A stretch of 64,000 bases of DNA from Gemmatimonadales bacterium UBA7889 (GCA_002501085.1 DLRL01000019.1:31885-95884); one strand, 5' to 3'. Numbered from the stretch's first letter, positions 41,257-51,605 are shown. Made by a program: numbers and translations. Notes: generated by a model from the letters alone, not told the origin.

Positions 41257-42006
41257 TTAATCGCCACTTCCCTTCACCAATTTGATTAGTCTTGCGAGAG
41301 GGTCATAGGACTGATCCACAACCCTCTCCTTCAGAGGAATGATTGCGTTGTCGGTGATTGTAATTCCCTCCGGGCACACTTTTGTGCAGCATTTCGTAAT
41401 GTTGCAGTACCCGATACCGAGTTCCTCTCTCAATTCTGCAACCCGGTCACCCGTGTCAATTGGGTTCATCTCCATATTTGCCACGTAAACATAGTGGCGT
41501 GGCCCGGCGAACCGGTCATGAAGTTGATGGTCCCGGAGGACATGACATACGTCTTGGCACAAGAAACACTCAATACATTTCCTGAATTCCTGAGGACGTT
41601 CGACATCATACTGATCCATATCCCAACTTCCATCTCCGTGATCAGCGGTCTTCGGAGAGAAACGCTTGATTGAAGCCTTTACTTCATAGTTCCACGATAC
41701 ATCTGTTACGAGGTCTTTAACGATTGGAAAAGTCCGCATAGGCTCGACCGTGATCGGCTGGTCCGCCGGTAATTCATCAACTCGAGTCATACACATGAGT
41801 TTGGGCGAGCCATTCACCTCAGCGGAGCACGAGCCACACTTGCCTGCCTTACAGTTCCATCGGACAGCAAGATCGTTTGCCTGTTCAGCCTGGATACGAT
41901 GGATAGCATCTAAAACCACATAGCCCTGATCAACCTCGATTTCGTAGGTCTTTAACTCACCCCCGTCGGAGTTGCCCTGCCACACCTTAAAGGTCGTAGT
42001 CTTCAT
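41257..42006 (-). CDS. sdhB: Succinate dehydrogenase/fumarate reductase iron-sulfur subunit
   Basis: CKAGKCGSC (2Fe-2S), CIECFLCQDVC and CNITKCCTKVCP clusters. Confidence 0.9.
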   Translation of the reverse strand: MKTTTFKVWQGNSDGGELKTYEIEVDQGYVVLDAIHRIQAEQANDLAVRWNCKAGKCGSCSAEVNGSPKLMCMTRVDELPADQPITVEPMRTFPIVKDLVTDVSWNYEVKASIKRFSPKTADHGDGSWDMDQYDVERPQEFRKCIECFLCQDVCHVLRDHQLHDRFAGPRHYVYVANMEMNPIDTGDRVAELREELGIGYCNITKCCTKVCPEGITITDNAIIPLKERVVDQSYDPLARLIKLVKGSGD

Positions 42007-43826
42007 TAACCTTGTTCCTCAATGATTTTCTGGAGTTCTTCCGGTATCTCTGGAATCACTTCTCTACGAAGTTCCATTTCTCCGTCATGTCCTTTCTTGA
42101 GAACAAGATTAACCGTTCCCCACTCTGGATCCTTATCGAGATAGTCCAGCCGTGAGTGCGCTCCACGGCTTTCCTTTCGTGCTTGTGATGCCATAACCAC
42201 GGCTTCAGCAACCGTGAGTAGACTCTGCAGATCCAAGGTGGTGTGCCAACCCGGATTGTACTCTCGGCTACCACCAGCTCCCATAGCCTGAGCCCGTGTC
42301 TTGAGCTCCTGTAGTTCATCCAACGCTTCGGCAAGACCACTTTCTTCGCGGGCGATCCCCGCCTTGTCCTGCATTAGGTGTTGTAGTTCATACTGTAAGC
42401 GATAAGGCCCTACATCCGCTCCTGGGTCCCTCTCTAGTGGAGAGAGTGCTTCTTGGACTGCTAGGTCAATCTGTTCGTCCTGAAGATGTACCGGTGTGTT
42501 CCCAGCTGCGAATTCGGCAGCGTATTCCCCAGCCCGCTTCCCGAATACGAGTAAATCCGAGAGCGAATTTCCTCCCAGTCGGTTCGCTCCGTGCAGTCCA
42601 GCTGCACATTCACCTGCTGCGAAAAGACCTGGAACGGTTGTAGACATCTGGGAATCCGGATCCACTCGAATACCCCCCATCGCATAATGAGTGGTCGGCC
42701 CCACCTCCATTGGCTCCTTGGTAATGTCGATACCCGCCAGTTCCTTGAACTGATGATACATACTGGGGAGTTTTTTCTTGATATGATCCTCTGAGTCCTT
42801 GATATGCTCTTTGATCCAAGCAATGTCGAGGAATGCCCCCCCGTGAGGGCTCCCACGTCCTTCCTGGACTTCTTTCACGATCTTACGTGCCACGTGATCT
42901 CTCGTGAGCAGTTCTGGAGGACGGCGCGCCTCCCTGTCACCTACGACATAACGCCATCCCTCTTCAGGAGTATCCGCAGTGGATTCCTTATAGAGCGGAG
43001 GAATGTCCTCGAACATAAAGCGGCGACCTTCGCTGTTCTTCAGGATTCCACCTTCGCCGCGTACACCTTCGGTAACAAGGATACCTCGCACACTCGGCGG
43101 CCAAACCATACCCGTCGGGTGGAATTGCACGAACTCCATATCAACCAGTTCCGCACCCACGTGGTAGGCTAACGCGTGTCCATCACCCGTGTATTCCCAG
43201 CTATTGCTAGTGACCAAGAAAGCTCGGCCGATCCCACCAGTTGCCATAACCACGGCCTTGGCCCTGAAAGCCTTGAACCGTCCTAGCTCTCGATCGTACG
43301 CAAGAGCACCAGCGCATCGGCCCCCATCCATAAGGAGCTTGCTGACTGTGACTTCCATGTGCACATCGATCCCCTCATGGATCCCATGGTCCTGGAGGGT
43401 GCGAATCATTTCAAGGCCCGTTCGGTCACCGACATGTGCCAGTCGAGGATACGCATGTCCGCCGAAATTCCGCTGGTTGATAAGGCCGTCTGGAGTGCGG
43501 TCCATGAGCGCGCCCCAGCCTTCCAGTTCTCGCACACGTTCAGGTGCTTCCTGTGCGTGCAATTCCGCCATCCGCCAAGCATTGAGATAGTGCCCACCTC
43601 TCATCGTGTCGGCAAAATGGACTTTCCAACTGTCTCGGTCATCAACATTGGCAAGGGCCGCAGCAACGCCGCCTTCAGCCATAACGGTATGGGCTTTTCC
43701 GAGCAGAGATTTGCAGATCAAGCCAACTGAAGCACCCTTAGTTGCGGCCTCAATCGCCGCGCGCAAACCAGCTCCACCGGCACCAATCACTACAACATCG
43801 TACTCTACGACCTGGTGCTGGGTCAT
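42006..43826 (-). CDS. sdhA: Succinate dehydrogenase/fumarate reductase flavoprotein subunit
   Basis: YDVVVIGAGGAGLRAA, SLLGKAHTVMAEGG and HYAMGGI. The ATG at 43826 overlaps the stop of the anchor gene by 1 nt; the ORF-track start at 43898 is an extension. Confidence 0.92.
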   Translation of the reverse strand: MTQHQVVEYDVVVIGAGGAGLRAAIEAATKGASVGLICKSLLGKAHTVMAEGGVAAALANVDDRDSWKVHFADTMRGGHYLNAWRMAELHAQEAPERVRELEGWGALMDRTPDGLINQRNFGGHAYPRLAHVGDRTGLEMIRTLQDHGIHEGIDVHMEVTVSKLLMDGGRCAGALAYDRELGRFKAFRAKAVVMATGGIGRAFLVTSNSWEYTGDGHALAYHVGAELVDMEFVQFHPTGMVWPPSVRGILVTEGVRGEGGILKNSEGRRFMFEDIPPLYKESTADTPEEGWRYVVGDREARRPPELLTRDHVARKIVKEVQEGRGSPHGGAFLDIAWIKEHIKDSEDHIKKKLPSMYHQFKELAGIDITKEPMEVGPTTHYAMGGIRVDPDSQMSTTVPGLFAAGECAAGLHGANRLGGNSLSDLLVFGKRAGEYAAEFAAGNTPVHLQDEQIDLAVQEALSPLERDPGADVGPYRLQYELQHLMQDKAGIAREESGLAEALDELQELKTRAQAMGAGGSREYNPGWHTTLDLQSLLTVAEAVVMASQARKESRGAHSRLDYLDKDPEWGTVNLVLKKGHDGEMELRREVIPEIPEELQKIIEEQG

Positions 43827-44635
43827 TAGAGTATCCTCCAGTCTGCCCAGATTCCCATCGCACACAACCGGACATAGATATCTGCAAATGCCACCCAAAT
43901 CAGGCTACACCACGCCCAAATCATATGGCGGCCGTTGCACCATGAAACACACTCGTATGCAGCCCTCTGAACTGGTCTCCCTGCTAGCTTATCGATCCCG
44001 CCACCAATTAGATGCCTAAGTGAATGGCACCCAAACGTGTAGCCACCAAGGAGAACTACATTCGCTGTCAAAACGACCGTTCCTACGCTGAGCCCCACTT
44101 CCTCTGAACCGAGCCCAGTTTCAAACCACAGAGCTTTCCAAGCATCATGAGATAAGAAAACAAGCAGTAGTAGAGCAAAGGGCAATGTGTATCGATGGGC
44201 GTTCTGTAGAATTAATGGAAAGTGCCGCTCACCCATATAAGCTTTACGAGATGTGCCTACAGAACAGGACGATGGGCCAGGCCAGTAGGCCTTATAGTAA
44301 GCTCCACGGTAATAGTAACAGGTAAGACGGAAGCTCACGGGCGCCCACAGGATCACGAACGCTGGAGAAAATACCGGGAGAAAGGAAGGCCACCATCCAG
44401 GCTCTAGCGTACCGGTAAATGAGTGCGCCGGATCTCCCCAGATCAGCGGCGAATAGAAAGGCGAAAGCAGATTCCCCGAATAATAGTTATTCCCCTGGAA
44501 CGCAGCCCATGTGGAGTAGATAACAAAAGAGGTGAAGACAACAAAAACCACGACGGGCTGAAGCCACCACGCGTCAATGCGCATGGTGTCACCAAAGGTT
44601 CTCCGAACTGGGAGGGCCGTGACTTTAGACGGCAT
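43826..44635 (-). CDS. Single-subunit membrane anchor of the succinate dehydrogenase (actinobacterial Sdh1 SdhC-like)
   Basis: 269 aa with about 5-6 hydrophobic helices, directly coupled to sdhA-sdhB. Cys/His motifs GCHSLRH and CVSWCNGRH. Size and position resemble Rv0249c-type anchors. Confidence 0.6.
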   Translation of the reverse strand: MPSKVTALPVRRTFGDTMRIDAWWLQPVVVFVVFTSFVIYSTWAAFQGNNYYSGNLLSPFYSPLIWGDPAHSFTGTLEPGWWPSFLPVFSPAFVILWAPVSFRLTCYYYRGAYYKAYWPGPSSCSVGTSRKAYMGERHFPLILQNAHRYTLPFALLLLVFLSHDAWKALWFETGLGSEEVGLSVGTVVLTANVVLLGGYTFGCHSLRHLIGGGIDKLAGRPVQRAAYECVSWCNGRHMIWAWCSLIWVAFADIYVRLCAMGIWADWRIL

Positions 44636-44847
44636 AGGTCACCTTTCGATAATGTGGAGTCACCGGTGATAAGAAGGATCGGTATTAGATAACTCGGACG
44701 TATTACAGACGTAGGGTATACAAACTATCAGAAGCGCAGGTACGACACCGTAATATGGCGAGTAGCCAGGCAGGAGGAAGCCTTCGTTCAAGTGCCGTTA
44801 CCAGTTCTTATGTAAGCCGGCTCAAGAATGGTCACCAAGTCCAAACC

Positions 44848-44869
44848 TGTGCGCAGCACCAGCTGCACA
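44848..44869 (-). terminator. Weak candidate terminator after the EF-G paralog
   Basis: The minus strand reads UGUGCAGC-UGGU-GCUGCGCACA (imperfect stem) followed by GGUUUGG. Confidence 0.25.
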
Positions 44870-44874
44870 ATCTA

Positions 44875-46947
44875 TCAGGACCTCTCCGCCGCTCGCTCAG
44901 CCCTTACCTTTTCAATGACTTCGTGCGGTGCAGGCTCATAGCCAGCAAAGTTACGAGTATGATGGGCGCGACCTTGGGTGATCGACCTTAGTGTCGCCGC
45001 GTACTTATATAGCTCTGATTCTGGAACCATTGCCTTCACCGTGGTGCGACCACTGGAGGTGTCCATACCCTGCACCTTTCCCCTCCTTGAGGTCAAATCC
45101 CCCATGATGTCTCCAACATATTCGTCCAGAGTAGTTACTGATACTTCGATGATTGGCTCCAGTAAGACCGGCCCACACTTTTCGGCCACGTTTCTGAAAG
45201 CCGACGAACCAGCAAGTTTGAACGCGATATCAGACGAATCGACGGCATGGTAAGAACCGTCGTAGCATTCAGCTGCAAAGTCGACCAAAGGATAGTTTGC
45301 TATCACTCCATTTACAGATGCCTCCCTTATCCCACGGTCTACAGACGGCACATATTTTGTCGGGATAACCCCACCTTTGATCGAGTTAACAAACTCGTAG
45401 CCCGCACCCCGGGGCCTCGGTGACATTCGTATTTTACAGTCCCCGAACTGACCACGACCACCCGACTGCTTCTTGTGCCGCCCCTGTCCTTCAGCCTGTC
45501 TTGTGATCGTTTCTCGGTAAGCGATTTTGGGTTGTCCAGTTTCAACCTTGACCCCGTACTTTCTCTCCATGCGCTCGAACTGAACGTCGAGATGCAGTTC
45601 ACCTACACCTCTGGCTATAGTCTGGTGAAGCTCTCCATTAAACGCAGCAGAAAACGTTGGGTCCTCCTCATGTAGCTTAGGCAGAACCTCTCCAAGTTTG
45701 TCCTCGTCGTTCCGACTAACTCCCTTAATAGCTACAGCAATGTCCGCACTCGGGAATGCGATCTTATCTATAGACAGTTTTTTCCCTTTGTTGTTGAGCG
45801 TGTCATTGGTATGCGTGTGCTTGAGCTTGGCCACGACCCCAATGTCTCCAGCATGAAGTACGGGAACCTCATGTCGCTCCTTACCCATAGGGATACTCAA
45901 GTGGTTGAGCTTCTCTGCTCGGCCATCCGATGCATTCACAACTTCTGCCCCGCTAGCGACCCTACCAGAGAAAATTCGGAAGTATGACAACTCCCCAATA
46001 TGTGGCTCGGCCATAGTCTTGAAGACGAGTGCGGCGAGTGGCCCCTCGTCTTCAGCCATAAGCTCCTGGTCACCAACAATTTCGGCTCCTGATTCCGCCG
46101 GGTTAGGACACAACTCTACGAGCTTACTGAGGAGCGCCCTGATTCCGTACGTAAGTGGGGCAGCACCACAGAAAACTGGGAAGATTTCGTTGCGTGCCAT
46201 TCCACGAGCCATCGCATCAATCGCTTCTTCGCGGGAGATTTTTCCACCTTCCAAATACTTCTCCAGAAGATCTTCATCCGTTGTGGCCAATGTCTCCTGG
46301 AGTTCGGTCTCCCACTGGGCTTCCTTATCCTTCAAATTCTCCGGAATTTCAGTTTCGTCATATTCCCCTTTGATCGTCCCCTTCTTGTAGATATGAGCTT
46401 TTTCACTGAAGAGGTTAATGATCCCCTCAAAATCAGGACCTTCGCCAACTGGAATCTCTACAGGGAGCGCACTCTCACTGAGGTTCTTGATTTGTTGAAA
46501 CATACCATCAAAGTCAGCGTGCTCTTTGTCCATCATGGAAACAAAAAAGATCCGGGGAATTCCCCGGGCCTCGCAGTATTCCCAAACGCGTTCAGTGCCA
46601 ACCTCGATTCCCGAGGTGGCATTGACGACAATGATGGCGGCATCCGCTACTCGCACCGCAGAAAGAGCTTCACCCGTGAAATCCAAGTATCCCGGCGTGT
46701 CCAGAAGGTTGACCTTCACACCATTATGCTCAGCGTAGGCCGGGGTCATCTGGATCGAAATTTCATGGGCATGCTCTTCGGGAGTGTGCATCGTAAGCGC
46801 AGTCCCGTTATCGACATTGCCATGACGATTCGAGGTGCCTGACACAAAGCAGAGTGCTTCTATCAAGCTTGTCTTTCCTGAGCCGCCATGCCCGAGAACC
46901 GCGACATTCCGTATCCGTTCTGTGGTATATTCCTTGCCCGATGCCAT
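44875..46947 (-). CDS. Elongation factor G family GTPase (EF-G2-like paralog)
   Basis: Five-domain EF-G layout. The G1 motif is GHGGSGKT rather than AHIDAGKT; DTPGYLDF is the G3 motif. It is not in a str operon context. Confidence 0.88.
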   Translation of the reverse strand: MASGKEYTTERIRNVAVLGHGGSGKTSLIEALCFVSGTSNRHGNVDNGTALTMHTPEEHAHEISIQMTPAYAEHNGVKVNLLDTPGYLDFTGEALSAVRVADAAIIVVNATSGIEVGTERVWEYCEARGIPRIFFVSMMDKEHADFDGMFQQIKNLSESALPVEIPVGEGPDFEGIINLFSEKAHIYKKGTIKGEYDETEIPENLKDKEAQWETELQETLATTDEDLLEKYLEGGKISREEAIDAMARGMARNEIFPVFCGAAPLTYGIRALLSKLVELCPNPAESGAEIVGDQELMAEDEGPLAALVFKTMAEPHIGELSYFRIFSGRVASGAEVVNASDGRAEKLNHLSIPMGKERHEVPVLHAGDIGVVAKLKHTHTNDTLNNKGKKLSIDKIAFPSADIAVAIKGVSRNDEDKLGEVLPKLHEEDPTFSAAFNGELHQTIARGVGELHLDVQFERMERKYGVKVETGQPKIAYRETITRQAEGQGRHKKQSGGRGQFGDCKIRMSPRPRGAGYEFVNSIKGGVIPTKYVPSVDRGIREASVNGVIANYPLVDFAAECYDGSYHAVDSSDIAFKLAGSSAFRNVAEKCGPVLLEPIIEVSVTTLDEYVGDIMGDLTSRRGKVQGMDTSSGRTTVKAMVPESELYKYAATLRSITQGRAHHTRNFAGYEPAPHEVIEKVRAERAAERS

Positions 46948-47230
46948 TCAGAGTCCTCCGGGATCTCGATTATTTAGGGACATCTTCATAACCCGACGAA
47001 CTCGGGTAGTGGCGAGTCCTTATTTTGTCGCAGGAGGCACTCCTAGAGGGCCACCTCAGCTTATGGGGACACGGATTGTAGAAAGGCCTGAGGAGGCGGG
47101 CAAGGCACCGCGGAATGTTCGATGTTACTTCCTTGCGGAAGAGTCCTGGCCCCTAATATGTAGGCTTAAACAGAGGGCATCCCCAGGAAAGCCATCGCTC
47201 CCTCGGTAGTGTGTTACACGGGATCGACTA

Positions 47231-49507
47231 TCAACGACCTGCCTGGTCCGCTTCCTCCTCGGTCTCGAAGAGACGTCCCGTGGTGAGTTCAAGCACGAGC
47301 CGATCAAGGTCATAAATCTCATCGAGAGCCTCTAAGATAGCCCGTACATCAACACTCACTGACCGATTCTTTTCCGGCAGATATATGTAATCTCCCGGGA
47401 GACTTTCAATATTTCCGTCAAACACCAGACCGACTACCTCAAGGTCACGATCAAGAACCGGAGAGCCTGAGTTGCCACCGATAATGTCTGCTGTTGATAC
47501 AAAATTTACCGGAGTAGAAAGATCAAGAGAGCTGGGTGGATTCATCCACCGATCCGGTAACGCCCAGTCCTCTTTCCCGCTATGGGAATAGTGACGGTCA
47601 TAGAGTCCGAAGAGCGTAGTGAACACAGGTGCAATTGTACCGTTGTATTCGTAGCCACTAACTGATCCATCTGCGATACGCAAAGAGAACGTTGCATCAG
47701 GTGGCACTTCGGTTCCATAAATTTCAAAGCGGGCGCGCCCTAGTTCCGAAGCGATCGCTTCTTCCTCAGGTGCGACTTCGGCGAAAAGGCTATTCAGTTC
47801 TAAGAAAGCAGGAAGAAAGGCTATAACTGCCTGGACCGCGGGATCCTGAGGACCGATACCGCCAGACTCAAGAGCGCCTACGGCATCAGCGGAATCATTA
47901 AGCATGCTATTCGAGACCACCTGTTCTGCGACCGCCTCAGGGCTGCGTCCAGCAAGCAGGCTCATCACAGCCGGATGATCAGCACCGAGATGCTCAACCA
48001 AGTCCCTAAATCGGTCGGCCATCAACACTACATCGAGTTCCGCGGGGATTTGGGGGGTCCCTCGAACATTATCAATCATCGACTCGAGATCTTCAGCCGG
48101 CGCACCGCCCTGTTGCATGGAGATAACCTGGAGCCCAAAAAAGCCCCTAATGAGAGTCGATGAGTCGAGAATCGGATTTCCAAAAACTGAGAACGCAGCA
48201 ACCACATCCGTGCGACTCCGCTTCAAGCCCTGGAGTTCTGCCATGCGATCAACTAAACCACCATAAAGATCTTGCAAGGCGGGATCAGTATTGATGGCCT
48301 CTTGGAAATCGGCCTCAGTGTCAGCTCGCTTTGCGAGGATCACTGGGTCATGAAGTCCTTCGAGTTGTCCCTCATATGCCTTCTCAGTATTACTCAGACT
48401 AAAGTACTGGTTCCGCAAATCATACTGTTCAGCGATCTCAGGATTTTCTTCTATATAACCTTCGAGAACCACCATACGCTTCCTGACCGTTTCAAGTAGG
48501 AATCGATCACTCACGTCACGACGGTATTCGAGCTCTGATACGGTCTGAAGCCTACTAGTTGACCCGGGATTCCCCACTATAAAAATAGGATCTCCCTCAG
48601 ACAGCCCGTCACGGTCAAACGGGAAGTAAGTGTCGCTTGAAAGTGGGGTGCCAGTGTCATCGTAAAGACGGAAAAAGGCGAAATCCATGTTGTATCGTGG
48701 ATAGGTAAAGTTGTCTGGATCACCGCCGAAAAAACCGATCTGCAGTTCAGGGGCCATTACTAGCTTGGCATTCGTGTACCGCCGAAATACATAGGCGGAT
48801 GTTCGCCCTCCGTTGTATAGGGAGATCATTTCTATTTCGTAGCCCGAATCCTCACCTCCACGCTGCTCTACAATTCGAGCTTTGATCTCATCCAGAAGTT
48901 CTGCTCGGGCTCCAGCACGCTCATCCTGAGGAACCAGGTCAAGCTGAGCGTTGACTTCATCAGTGACGTCCAGGATCTCAACTAGCTGATCTGCCTCAAA
49001 TTCTTCGACTGTCCTTTCATCTTCGAGATTTTCCGCTACAAAACCTTGATCCAACAAGGCCTCACCATCTCCTGAGACCTGGGAGACAAACTCCCGAGCG
49101 CAGTGGTGGTTGGTCATGACCAACCCATTCGGAGACACAAAAGATGCTGAACAACTCGGGATACGAAGTGCTCCTAGTCGGGCCCGCTCAAACCATTCTG
49201 TGTCCGGCCGGAATCCGTATGTCTCAGTGATATAATCGATAGGAGGAAATTCAAAGGTCCACATCTTACCCTGGTCAAACTCTCCTGCTTGAACCGTATC
49301 AAGATCAATCCTATCCGCCTGGTTTTGTGGGGCCGACTCGTCAGGCATAGAGACCTGGATTACTTCCGGAGAATTCTGAGATACTTCTGGTACCGGTGGC
49401 GGCGGGCCGACCTGTGCACCAGCACAGCCCGTGAATAAGAGTAGCGTTATTGCCCAACAAAACTTCTGCGAACAGATGCGAAACTGCCATCTCGAAACCA
49501 TGAGCAC
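47231..49507 (-). CDS. Exported S46-family dipeptidyl-peptidase (DPP7/DPP11-like)
   Basis: Signal or lipoprotein leader, catalytic His block GLVMTNHHCA and Ser block IGGNSGSPVLD. Confidence 0.85.
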   Translation of the reverse strand: MLMVSRWQFRICSQKFCWAITLLLFTGCAGAQVGPPPPVPEVSQNSPEVIQVSMPDESAPQNQADRIDLDTVQAGEFDQGKMWTFEFPPIDYITETYGFRPDTEWFERARLGALRIPSCSASFVSPNGLVMTNHHCAREFVSQVSGDGEALLDQGFVAENLEDERTVEEFEADQLVEILDVTDEVNAQLDLVPQDERAGARAELLDEIKARIVEQRGGEDSGYEIEMISLYNGGRTSAYVFRRYTNAKLVMAPELQIGFFGGDPDNFTYPRYNMDFAFFRLYDDTGTPLSSDTYFPFDRDGLSEGDPIFIVGNPGSTSRLQTVSELEYRRDVSDRFLLETVRKRMVVLEGYIEENPEIAEQYDLRNQYFSLSNTEKAYEGQLEGLHDPVILAKRADTEADFQEAINTDPALQDLYGGLVDRMAELQGLKRSRTDVVAAFSVFGNPILDSSTLIRGFFGLQVISMQQGGAPAEDLESMIDNVRGTPQIPAELDVVLMADRFRDLVEHLGADHPAVMSLLAGRSPEAVAEQVVSNSMLNDSADAVGALESGGIGPQDPAVQAVIAFLPAFLELNSLFAEVAPEEEAIASELGRARFEIYGTEVPPDATFSLRIADGSVSGYEYNGTIAPVFTTLFGLYDRHYSHSGKEDWALPDRWMNPPSSLDLSTPVNFVSTADIIGGNSGSPVLDRDLEVVGLVFDGNIESLPGDYIYLPEKNRSVSVDVRAILEALDEIYDLDRLVLELTTGRLFETEEEADQAGR

Positions 49508-49652
49508 CTCTTTGGGTCAGATCAACACCGAATCTATGCGTTCAGCGAATCGCATAATCAGTAACCTCGCAACCCACTCTCAGGCGAACAACTGATTAAG
49601 GAGCTAGAACAAAATAATGATCTCAGAAAAAACGGTGGCTCGGACTTGGGAT

Positions 49653-50483
49653 CTAGTTAGTCCGATGGTGCTTGGATACCCGATCCAGAAGTTTCAACTC
49701 TTCAGGAGTCAGTGAGGACATTCCTTTCGCAGAAATCTTATCGAGAACCTCATCAACTCTATCAAAGAGCACCGGATCATCTGCATGTCGCTTACCCGAA
49801 ACATTATCAGCTGAGTAGCCGACATGGCTGTCAGTACGAACAACCGTAAGACGACCACTCCTAGAAGTTTTTTTCTTAAGCCAACTCAGGTACCGATTTA
49901 ATCGCCAATCAGCCCTCAGGTAGATAAAGCCTGCAGCTAGACCCCCGAGATGTGCGAAGTGAGCAACACCGTCATTGCTGCCTCCGAAAGCACTCAAGGC
50001 AGCTATGACAACGATCAGGCTCACGAGGTACTTGGCCTTCACCGGAAAAATCCCCCAGATGTATATCGGCACGTTCGGCCAGTTCATCGCGAAGGCGAGC
50101 ATCAGGCCATACATGCCGGCTGACGCTCCAACCACCACAGCCGGCAGGAAAAGGTAACTGAGTACTACCCCTCCAAGACCACAGCAGAAATAAAACTTCA
50201 GGAACTCATTTTCACCCCAGCGACCCTCAAGTGGGGGGCCGAAGAAGAACAGCACCAGCATGTTGAAGAATAGATGCCACCAGCCACCATGCAGGAACAT
50301 GTAGGTGAACACACCCCACGGCCTGAAAAAAATCTGTGTGGGTTGGAACGCGAACCAGTCGAACATCAAATTTGGTCCGACCAGCAGGGTTAGAAAGAAG
50401 GCCGCCACATTAGCGATTATCAGGTTCTTCACCATAGGGGTGATCATGTACCTGAAACCAAAGCTAGTGGTCGAGTAAGCCAT
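49653..50483 (-). CDS. Rhomboid-family intramembrane serine protease with a cytoplasmic C-terminal tail
   Basis: HGGWWHLFFNM, GASAGMYG (catalytic Ser) and AHLGG (catalytic His), plus an extension of about 85 aa. Confidence 0.85.
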   Translation of the reverse strand: MAYSTTSFGFRYMITPMVKNLIIANVAAFFLTLLVGPNLMFDWFAFQPTQIFFRPWGVFTYMFLHGGWWHLFFNMLVLFFFGPPLEGRWGENEFLKFYFCCGLGGVVLSYLFLPAVVVGASAGMYGLMLAFAMNWPNVPIYIWGIFPVKAKYLVSLIVVIAALSAFGGSNDGVAHFAHLGGLAAGFIYLRADWRLNRYLSWLKKKTSRSGRLTVVRTDSHVGYSADNVSGKRHADDPVLFDRVDEVLDKISAKGMSSLTPEELKLLDRVSKHHRTN

Positions 50484-50582
50484 TCTCTCTGTTATTAATC
50501 TTACCTTACTACTAAGGGAATCTATCCAACCCTAACCCTGTAGGCATGTTCCGGAATCACTATCTCCTTAATTCACAACGCC

Positions 50583-51605
50583 TCAAGAACAATCAGAATC
50601 CTTCTGTTTTCTCACTTCTGCGAGTTTGGCAATCCGCTCACATAACTCGGGGAAGGCCATCCCTGCGGCAGCGGCAGCCTTAGGAAGCAAGCTATTGGAG
50701 GTCATTCCGGGCAAAGCGTTCGCCTCCAAGCACCAGGGCTCTCCTTGGCTATCGATAATGAAGTCTACCCTTGAATAGTCTCGAAGCCTAAGTGCTTTAT
50801 GAGCTGATAACGCAAGAGTTCCTAGCCTGGAAGCAAGGTCCGACGGAATGTCAGCTGGAAATATTTCTTGAGCCATTCCGGGCTGGTATTTGCACTCGTA
50901 GTCGAAAATTTCATGCTCAGGAATAATCTCTCCGACTGGGAGTGTTTCTTCTCCCAAGATCCCTACCGTAACCTCTCGCCCCGCATGGTACCTCTCAAAC
51001 AGTATCAGATCATTCCATCCACGAGTTTCATCGATCGCAGATCTGAGTTCTTCGAGATCATGAGCGAGGACCAATCGAAGTGATGAACCTCCAGATACTG
51101 CCTTAACGATCACAGGCAAACCTAATGTGTCGGCGACTTCCACAGCTGAGCATTCTCCACACAGCCAGTCCGGAGTCGGAACACTTGCTTGTCGTAAGAG
51201 TCGCTTGCTAACCTCTTTGTCCATTGCTAGTGAACAGCCAAGTCTGTTACTACCGGTGTATGCGACGCCAGCAACCTCGAGAAGGGCCTGGACGGTGCCA
51301 TCCTCTCCTGATCCTCCGTGAAGCGTAAGAAAGAAGACATCGATTTCACTGAGTGCAGAATTACCACTTAGCATCACGGTCTGCACCTCATCTAGCGATG
51401 CCAGTTCTCCGACTAGTGGAGGTAATGCGCCCACCCCCGCTTTGAGTAAAAGAGCCTCTTCGGCCTCATCTAAAGATCCTCTCACAGTGTCCACTGCGAT
51501 GACTTTGTGACCCAGATTACGAAGAGCACTTGCGACCTGGACCCCAGATGACAGCGATACCTCTCGCTCATCAGAAACCCCTCCCATGAGGACTGCTATT
51601 CTCAT
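50583..51605 (-). CDS. ddl: D-alanine--D-alanine ligase
   Basis: MRIAVLMGGVSDEREVSLSSG and an ATP-grasp domain ending LEANALPGMT. Confidence 0.9.
   Translation of the reverse strand: MRIAVLMGGVSDEREVSLSSGVQVASALRNLGHKVIAVDTVRGSLDEAEEALLLKAGVGALPPLVGELASLDEVQTVMLSGNSALSEIDVFFLTLHGGSGEDGTVQALLEVAGVAYTGSNRLGCSLAMDKEVSKRLLRQASVPTPDWLCGECSAVEVADTLGLPVIVKAVSGGSSLRLVLAHDLEELRSAIDETRGWNDLILFERYHAGREVTVGILGEETLPVGEIIPEHEIFDYECKYQPGMAQEIFPADIPSDLASRLGTLALSAHKALRLRDYSRVDFIIDSQGEPWCLEANALPGMTSNSLLPKAAAAAGMAFPELCERIAKLAEVRKQKDSDCS

Noticed and set aside
49600-49652. T6 run (minus strand) after the rhomboid gene as an intrinsic terminator.
   Set aside because: No convincing stem precedes the T run.
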